A DNA stretch of 64,000 bases from Candidatus Wirthbacteria bacterium (GTDB taxonomy: Bacteria > Patescibacteriota > CG2-30-54-11): positions 64,853 to 128,852 of the forward strand of contig CAISZI010000046.1 of assembly GCA_903889905.1 (NCBI GenBank), given 5' to 3'. The position numbers were made by a program, and so were the translations under genes. Under the pieces are notes generated by a model. The model was not told the DNA's origin, made no database searches, and saw only the letters and a list, made by a program, of their open reading frames with translations. Shown piece by piece: positions 58,396 through 64,000 of this stretch. The first letter of the stretch is position 1; every line of letters starts with the position of its first letter.

Positions 58396-59592
58396 TTAGA
58401 TACTCAATCTCTCCAATACGGTCCGGACAAGGACCTCTCTGTCCTGCAAATGCAAAACGAGGTGGTCGTTACTCAATTGCACTGAGAACAAACCGGGATC
58501 GGTAAGGTACATCACCCAAACCAAATCCCATGGGCACATGTCGGCCCCACGAACCATTTTGTTTTCCTGATTCCACAACGGCAAATCCTTGCCAATAAAT
58601 TGAGTCATCGGCGTACGAATACTAGAAATTGCTGCTATTGTCCCATCACTAAGCCCGACTTTGAATACCTCTGTACCCATGGCGATTTGGTTGGCGCCCA
58701 TTTCATAGAGAGCAATGGCCGCATTATAATCCTGCAGTGCGTTAAACGAATACAAAAACCACCTGTCTTGATTGAGGTACGGACCTGACCGCACCACCAG
58801 GAAATCCCCGACTTTTTGTTTGAGCTCCGGATATTTACTGAATACTGCCGCAAAGTCAGTGACCGGTCCAAGCGCCACCAAGGTGACCCTCTGGTCACTG
58901 TTGCGAAGGGTCTTGGCAATATACTCAACCGCTTGTGAATTCTTCTGGCCAGCATATGACGCACCCTTGACCACAGGAATAGGGAGACCACTCAGGGCGA
59001 CCTGTTTCAGAGTAACCCGATAGGCTGTCTCTCCATCGATATTGCCAAACGTGGAGGTAATGCCAAGGATACTGAGTTGTCCGGCCTTTTCTGCCTGCAA
59101 CAGGACGGCCAATGCCAGACCGTCATCCTGTTCCGGCGCAATGAATGAAAATAGCCGGGCCGTTGTGGCATTGTCAGTGGAGATCAGGATCGGTTGTTTC
59201 GCAATGTTGGAGATGTCCGTGTTGATAACCGGTTGCCGAATATGAAGCCACGGATTAGAACGAGGATCTATCCATGCATTGAAAACCACAAACAAAACGA
59301 AAACAACGCATTCAATACCAATCAATCGACCAACAAAATGATTCTTTTTCTTTCGCTGCAACGCTATGATCAGCAATAAAAGGCCTGTCCCTGATATCAA
59401 CAAGGCATAATAAACTATCGCAAAGACAATACGCGCAGGCAACGAGTAAACTGCAAATATTTGACTGGTATTACCCAAGAAATTCAAAATCGTCCAAACA
59501 TGAAGAACCTGACAGACTTCCTTTAGACAGAATATGACAAAAAAGAGTAGAAAAAGACTAACAATCAACCACTTCAAAATTCTTCTTATCAT
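58396..59592 (-). CDS. Membrane-anchored nucleoside-hydrolase (IUNH)-like protein with a degenerate N-terminal Asp cluster
   Basis: 3 N-terminal TM helices; then ILISTDNATT...EQDDGLALAVLL and an IUNH-like alpha/beta core. Low certainty. Confidence 0.35.
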   Translation of the reverse strand: MIRRILKWLIVSLFLLFFVIFCLKEVCQVLHVWTILNFLGNTSQIFAVYSLPARIVFAIVYYALLISGTGLLLLIIALQRKKKNHFVGRLIGIECVVFVLFVVFNAWIDPRSNPWLHIRQPVINTDISNIAKQPILISTDNATTARLFSFIAPEQDDGLALAVLLQAEKAGQLSILGITSTFGNIDGETAYRVTLKQVALSGLPIPVVKGASYAGQKNSQAVEYIAKTLRNSDQRVTLVALGPVTDFAAVFSKYPELKQKVGDFLVVRSGPYLNQDRWFLYSFNALQDYNAAIALYEMGANQIAMGTEVFKVGLSDGTIAAISSIRTPMTQFIGKDLPLWNQENKMVRGADMCPWDLVWVMYLTDPGLFSVQLSNDHLVLHLQDREVLVRTVLERLSI

Positions 59593-59723
59593 GATGCCTT
59601 AGTTATTAAAAAGGGCGAAAGAAATGGAATCATGACGACAGACTACACAACTTTGCAATTCACAAGTGCTCTATTTGTCAGCGCCCTGACATATTTAATA
59701 CTAATTCTGTCAATCAATTCATT

Positions 59724-60863
59724 CTACTTCGCTACTGGCATCAGAAAAGTCGACAAATTATCTCTCGTCACCACAGAACTCACGCTTCCCGTATAGGTCT
59801 CCAAAAAAATCTTGGGAGTGTTATCTCTGACTTTTGAATTCCATTTACATTCGAACGCTGCCAATTTACCCTGACTTTCTTCAATCAGATCGATTTCCTG
59901 CTGGTCATACGTCCGCCAAAAGTAATAATTGGCGACCTTTTGGTGGTGATAGCCCGATTTGAGCCGTTCCGCGATGCAATAATTCTCCCAGATCGCTCCA
60001 ATATCGCCACGCACCGAGAGCGGATTGAAATTCTGGATCAGTGCGTTGCGAATTCCCAAGTCCCAAAAATAAATCTTGGTTGACTTACTGATCTCCTTGC
60101 GCAGGTTACGGCTAAAGGCGGACAGGTGGAAAATGACGAACGTCTTTTTGAGCAATTCCACATAACGTTGCACCGTGACGGTATTGAGTCCCAGTTGCTT
60201 CCCGATCTCCGCAAACGACACCTCACTCCCAACTTGCAGCGCAAGCAGCTGGAGAATTTTGAGTAGTTGTTCTGGTTTTTTGAGTTGTTCGTACTCCAGG
60301 ATGTCTTTATAAAGATAATTATTGGCGAGTTTTTGCAGATACAAGTCTTTGTCGCTGTCACTCAGATTGACAATGTCAGGATAGCTACCATACCTCAACA
60401 CTGCATCCAGCTGACTTTGCATATCAATCGGATTGCTTTGCGAGAGCAGCTCCTCATAAGAAAGAGGCAGGAGCAGATAGTCCAGAACGCGCCCCGTGAG
60501 CGGCTCATTGATCGTATTCGCCAGCTCAAAACTACTCGATCCCGTGGCGATGATCTGGGTATCCGGCAGATAAGTGTGCAATATTTTGAGCACCAAGCCG
60601 ATATCTCGAACTCTCTGCGCCTCATCCAGGATCAAGAGAGAAATATTGCCCAAAAACTGCTTCAGTTTGATCTCATCCTGCTGCTCCAGAGCTTCACGAT
60701 TGCGCAGAAGGTCGCAATCAATATAGCGAGATCCTTGTGGGTTATGATCTAGCATAGAACGCACCAGCGTCGTCTTGCCCACCTGCCGCGCACCATAAAT
60801 GACGATCACTTTCCCTTTGTGAAGTTGCTGCTCGATGATCGGTTGCAGGGTTCGTTGATACAT
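59724..60863 (-). CDS. COG1373-type AAA ATPase with a C-terminal DUF4143 (restriction-endonuclease-like) domain
   Basis: VIVIYGARQVGKTTLVRSML Walker A; Walker B LLILDEAQ; C-terminal DUF4143-like region; AT-rich codon usage. Confidence 0.75.
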   Translation of the reverse strand: MYQRTLQPIIEQQLHKGKVIVIYGARQVGKTTLVRSMLDHNPQGSRYIDCDLLRNREALEQQDEIKLKQFLGNISLLILDEAQRVRDIGLVLKILHTYLPDTQIIATGSSSFELANTINEPLTGRVLDYLLLPLSYEELLSQSNPIDMQSQLDAVLRYGSYPDIVNLSDSDKDLYLQKLANNYLYKDILEYEQLKKPEQLLKILQLLALQVGSEVSFAEIGKQLGLNTVTVQRYVELLKKTFVIFHLSAFSRNLRKEISKSTKIYFWDLGIRNALIQNFNPLSVRGDIGAIWENYCIAERLKSGYHHQKVANYYFWRTYDQQEIDLIEESQGKLAAFECKWNSKVRDNTPKIFLETYTGSVSSVVTRDNLSTFLMPVAK

Positions 60864-61018
60864 AAATCAACCTACTTAAATATTTATTTTTAGCTAAATT
60901 CATTTACTATGATAACAAAAATTAAGTACAAAACAACTGGCATCTTCCTCAAACACCCTTTCTACCGCTTTCTCGATAATGAACGGAATGAATGGTTTAA
61001 AACTCACGAATACAGAAA

Positions 61019-61042
61019 AAGATGGCGTCATGACGCCATCTT
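61019..61042. repeat. Copy A of a repeat family containing the perfect 24-bp palindrome AAGATGGCGTCATGACGCCATCTT
   Basis: Exact palindrome. About 30 bp of its upstream flank (GGTTTAAAACTCACGAATACAGAAAAA) and a downstream block GGTGGGCCATCTGTCCCAAAACTGGAACACCGTG (61118-61151) are shared with copy B. Lies about 156 bp upstream of the 60863 gene start. Confidence 0.7.
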
Positions 61043-61520
61043 GAGTTTACATTCTTATTTGGCGCAGCCATCCGTAGCTTGGCTACTTTTTTTAAAAAGG
61101 GAGCCTTCCCGAAGCGAAGGATGGTGGGCCATCTGTCCCAAAACTGGAACACCGTGGTGACCAAACTTAAATCAATTTACGACTTACAATCACTTATTTA
61201 TTACCCAAAATCCCCAATAACGGAAATCAAACTATATTTTGGATCTTTTAACTGTCATCATCGTTGCTATTATGCCTGAGAACAAGTTTGATAAGTCTTA
61301 GTAATGCCCTCATCCTTATGCCATGCTTCCAAATCAGACAGTTCTTCATTGAACTACTTCTTGTATATTTATTTGTAGTCCAATACCGCCTTGTCGTTCA
61401 GAGTAAACAATACTTTTATGCAACAAACACCAAAATTGTTTTGCTCTAATCACGAACTTAAAACTATACCTTTATTGGTCGCTGTATCTTCTTGATTGTT
61501 GAAAGAACCTCTTTAATCCC

Positions 61521-62183
61521 CTATTTACCCCCCAATTCTGAGCCCTGAATTACCTCACTCATTGGATCCACTTCCTTAGCTGCTTCTTGACTATTTTTAG
61601 CATAAGAATCAAATGCCTCAGTTATAACTTCAAAAGGCTTCTCTGTATTACAATTACTATAATCATATGTTTTCCTCATTGAACGTTTGATATCACTCGG
61701 TATATCAAGTGGAAACAATTCCTCTGTCTCTGAAGTCAATCGTCCATCAGGTCCGTATTGATATTCACATTTTGTCTCCGCTCGCACCAAGACGCCTTTA
61801 TCGATAATTCTCCAATAAGAATGTCTCTCAACTAATCTCCCGTCCTGATCGTAAACCCAAGCACGAATTGGTTCGTGATTTGGGTTACGCTTATGAAATT
61901 TTTCTTCAACACGGAGTCGCCCATCAGGATTATGACGTAATCTATACTTGAAATGATTTATCAATCCAGGATCAATATCAGGATAACATTTTTTGTTTGC
62001 TTCCCAACTAAAATGGCCAACCCATGCCCAAAACATTTCTACTTCTCTAAGGTTGACTCCAGGATAGCGAACACCGGGCTCTACATTAGTAGTTGTAATA
62101 GCATCAGAGTCGACACCAATAGCATTCATTTTTTGTCTAAAAACTTGATCAAATTTACTATCTGATAATGTAGACGCCATCAT
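61521..62183 (-). CDS. Small protein (220 aa) with three YD/RHS-like repeats (Y.YD.DGRL), in an AT-rich island
   Basis: NPDGRLRVEE, WVYDQDGRLVERHSY, EYQYGPDGRLTSE match the YD-repeat core (YDxxGRL). Followed by about 480 bp of AT-rich non-coding DNA. Confidence 0.5.
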   Translation of the reverse strand: MMASTLSDSKFDQVFRQKMNAIGVDSDAITTTNVEPGVRYPGVNLREVEMFWAWVGHFSWEANKKCYPDIDPGLINHFKYRLRHNPDGRLRVEEKFHKRNPNHEPIRAWVYDQDGRLVERHSYWRIIDKGVLVRAETKCEYQYGPDGRLTSETEELFPLDIPSDIKRSMRKTYDYSNCNTEKPFEVITEAFDSYAKNSQEAAKEVDPMSEVIQGSELGGK

Positions 62184-62356
62184 TTATTCCTATAAATAAG
62201 AAGAATATTTAGTCTTTAATTATATAATAAAATATTTATTTATCAATACCGGAAGTTAAAAAAACTAGTACAAAAAACCTCGCCCACCCTTTGATGGCTT
62301 TAATACGCCATTTCGTCTAGACTTTGGACAAGTGGCTTAAATTCTCAAAAACAAAA

Positions 62357-62380
62357 AAGATGGCGTCATGACGCCATCTT
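62357..62380. repeat. Copy B of the 24-bp palindrome repeat family
   Basis: Same exact palindrome. About 110 bp from 62300 are similar to copy C. The downstream block GGTGGACCAGCTGTCCCAAAACTGGAACACCGTG lies at 62527-62560. Lies about 174 bp upstream of the 62183 gene start. Confidence 0.7.
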
Positions 62381-62622
62381 TTGCCAATGTACTGCTTTCC
62401 CTTCCGTTCCGAGGACGGAACTTCAGGGACCCCAATGAATAAGTACTTCTAAACGCGAGGACTTGTTAAGCAGTACTTTATAAATTTCATCTAAGTTCGA
62501 AGACTCACTAAGATTCTCTTTATGGTGGACCAGCTGTCCCAAAACTGGAACACCGTGCTAACCTGTTTATCCCGATTATCCAACACAATTAGTTACTGTT
62601 TGCCTGGAATGACGGAATCGCG

Positions 62623-63798
62623 CTAAATGTATTTCCATACATTTTCTTTGGTAATGCAGTGATAACTTTCTATTCTGTCGGCATAAGCAGTCTGAAAAGC
62701 CCTGGTGAGCGGAACAGGAGTGGAATACTTCACTTCAACAGGAATCAATTTTTCTCCCTGCGTATTTGTCACCACAAAATCAACCTCAAAGGAATTCTTG
62801 CTCTGCCAATAATAGAGCATTTGATTGGTTGAATAGTACGTCATATTCGTCTGTAGTAGATTGTGGACGAAATTTTCAAATAAACCACCGCTACTCTGGC
62901 CACTTCGAGCAGTTATTGGCCGGAAATCTTTGGCCAATGTATTCAGTATGCCCAGATCTGTGAAGTACACCTTGAATGGCTTATTTAATTCTTTTCTGGG
63001 ATTCTGACTAAAGGCGGAAACGATTGAAATCAGATTGAATTTCTGCAATAAATCAATGTAACTGATAACCGTATTCCTGCTCATTTCGAGTTGTTGTGCG
63101 AGTTCATTGGGATTGACCAGACTTCCCACCTGCAACGCCAGCAGTTGGGCTAATTTTTTGATCTTCTGAGGGTTCTTGATGCCTTCGATTTCAAAAACAT
63201 CCTTGAACAGCAAAGAGTTAACGTAATCTGCCAAGATATCCATTTTGTACTGCGGAGTTTCCTGCGCCAGAACTTCCGGTAAACTACCATAAGTCAGCAA
63301 TGGCTCAACCAGATGAGTAACTTTGGCCTGTTGCAGCAGATTGTCATAAGCACCAAAAGCATAGGGTTTGTCTGTTTCGCCAACGATCTCCCTGACGCTA
63401 AGTGGATACATTTCCAGAATAACCTTTCTGCCCAAGGCGCTGTCACCAAGCTTCTGTAGCATCAGGAAACTCGCCGATCCACTGGCCAGGACACGGATAT
63501 GTGGAAAATGATCATGAACCAGTTTAAGCGTGCTGCCGATCTGATCGACATATTGGATTTCGTCCAGCAGCAGAATCTTGGGTTCTGTTCCCAGGATATT
63601 CTGCAAGTTGGCCAAAGAAGGCTGGCGAAACAATTCCTGATTGTCCGTATCTTCGAAATCAAAATACAGATGGGGCTCATCAAAGTATCGTTTCAGTTCA
63701 ACGGTTTTACCCACACGGCGCTGCCCAATCAAAATGACAACACGGAAACCATCTTGAAAATACTGCTTGATTTTATGGGTGATAAGTCGAGTGATCAT
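62623..63798 (-). CDS. COG1373-type AAA ATPase with DUF4143 C-terminal domain (paralog of 59724..60863)
   Basis: VVILIGQRRVGKTVELKRYF Walker A; LLLDEIQY Walker B; the TATAAT at 63808-63813 lies only 6 nt from the ATG (leaderless-like). Confidence 0.75.
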   Translation of the reverse strand: MITRLITHKIKQYFQDGFRVVILIGQRRVGKTVELKRYFDEPHLYFDFEDTDNQELFRQPSLANLQNILGTEPKILLLDEIQYVDQIGSTLKLVHDHFPHIRVLASGSASFLMLQKLGDSALGRKVILEMYPLSVREIVGETDKPYAFGAYDNLLQQAKVTHLVEPLLTYGSLPEVLAQETPQYKMDILADYVNSLLFKDVFEIEGIKNPQKIKKLAQLLALQVGSLVNPNELAQQLEMSRNTVISYIDLLQKFNLISIVSAFSQNPRKELNKPFKVYFTDLGILNTLAKDFRPITARSGQSSGGLFENFVHNLLQTNMTYYSTNQMLYYWQSKNSFEVDFVVTNTQGEKLIPVEVKYSTPVPLTRAFQTAYADRIESYHCITKENVWKYI

Positions 63799-63830
63799 GG
63801 TGATATTATAGCATCTGAAGTATTTATTTT

Positions 63831-63876
63831 GTCAATCAATTGACATATAAAGTACTTTATATGTCAATTGATTGAC
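63831..63876. promoter_or_regulatory. Perfect 46-bp palindrome (GTCAATCAATTGACATATAAAGTAC|GTACTTTATATGTCAATTGATTGAC) overlapping the -35 region of the DUF4143 ATPase gene
   Basis: Exact reverse-complement symmetry over 46 nt; contains TTGACA on both strands. Positioned 33-78 bp upstream of the ATG at 63798. Confidence 0.8.
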
Positions 63877-63968
63877 GGCCTCCTAAAAAACTCGAACACC
63901 ATATCATGGCTTCACAACGCCATTCTGATACAATTTCGGACAGGTGGTTAAAATCCCTCAAACACAAA

Positions 63969-63992
63969 AAGATGGCGTCATGACGCCATCTT
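63969..63992. repeat. Copy C of the 24-bp palindrome repeat family (at the window edge)
   Basis: Same palindrome plus a roughly 70 bp upstream flank similar to copy B. About 171 bp upstream of the 63798 gene start. Confidence 0.7.
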
Positions 63993-64000
63993 ATGCCAAT

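Noticed and set aside
60909-61160. 83-aa plus-strand ORF overlapping repeat copy A
   Set aside because: It spans the palindrome and its conserved flank, has biased composition and no RBS; likely non-coding.
61019-63992. CRISPR array or integron attC interpretation of the three palindromic repeats
   Set aside because: Spacing is 1.3-1.6 kb with whole genes between copies, which rules out CRISPR. The palindromes are perfect and lack the R''/L''-L'/R' imperfect structure and GTTRRRY cores of attC sites. No integrase is in the window. I keep them as an unexplained repeat family.

Overview
This is a 64 kb bacterial chromosomal segment of roughly 50% GC, with Shine-Dalgarno sites and many 1-4 nt start/stop overlaps; no rRNA, tRNA or CRISPR array was recognised. 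Content runs in six blocks. (1) 1-5.2 kb: a duplicated two-gene module, a ferric-reductase/NOX-like membrane flavocytochrome translationally coupled to a secreted low-complexity protein with a mini cytochrome b5-like domain. A MAPR-type b5 protein and an OmpR/histidine-kinase pair accompany it. (2) 5.3-9.2 kb: an O-antigen-ligase-like protein and a 663-aa HExxH protein. (3) 9.2-17 kb, minus strand: a complete trp operon (trpE-trpG-trpD::trpC fusion-trpF-ACT-trpB-trpA) behind a sigma70 promoter and a T-box leader with a UGG specifier. Short GC-rich hairpin repeats sit in-frame in the trpE 3' end, in the trpD-trpC linker and in the trpDC tail. A 22-bp-terminal-inverted-repeat element lies in the trpB-trpA spacer. 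(4) 17-29 kb: a DMT-superfamily (EamA-like) transporter, a pentapeptide-repeat protein, marR with two half-size ABC exporter genes, and a second OmpR/HK pair with an FtsX-type permease/ATPase pair. (5) 30-39 kb: the copper operon csoR-(HMA/membrane/cupredoxin fusion)-copZ-copA plus a Met/Gly-rich secreted protein; then argC-argB-argD behind a second T-box-like leader whose specifier reads CGC. (6) 39-64 kb: a 1163-aa secreted S8 protease with DUF4214 repeats, and a 1965-aa cytoplasmic giant protein with an N-terminal HExxH region and a C-terminal ABC1/UbiB-type kinase domain. Beyond them is an accessory region with an MFS gene carrying an in-frame TAA and an MBL-hydrolase gene carrying an in-frame TGA. 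It also holds arsR/thioredoxin-like/arsP-like genes with duplicated 3' remnants, several ArsR-linked transport and redox genes, and a cassette-like AT-rich array. In that array two COG1373 (DUF4143) AAA ATPase genes flank a small YD-repeat protein. Each of these genes is preceded by a copy of a roughly 70-110 bp repeat containing a perfect 24-bp palindrome, and a perfect 46-bp palindrome sits at the promoter of the last ATPase gene.
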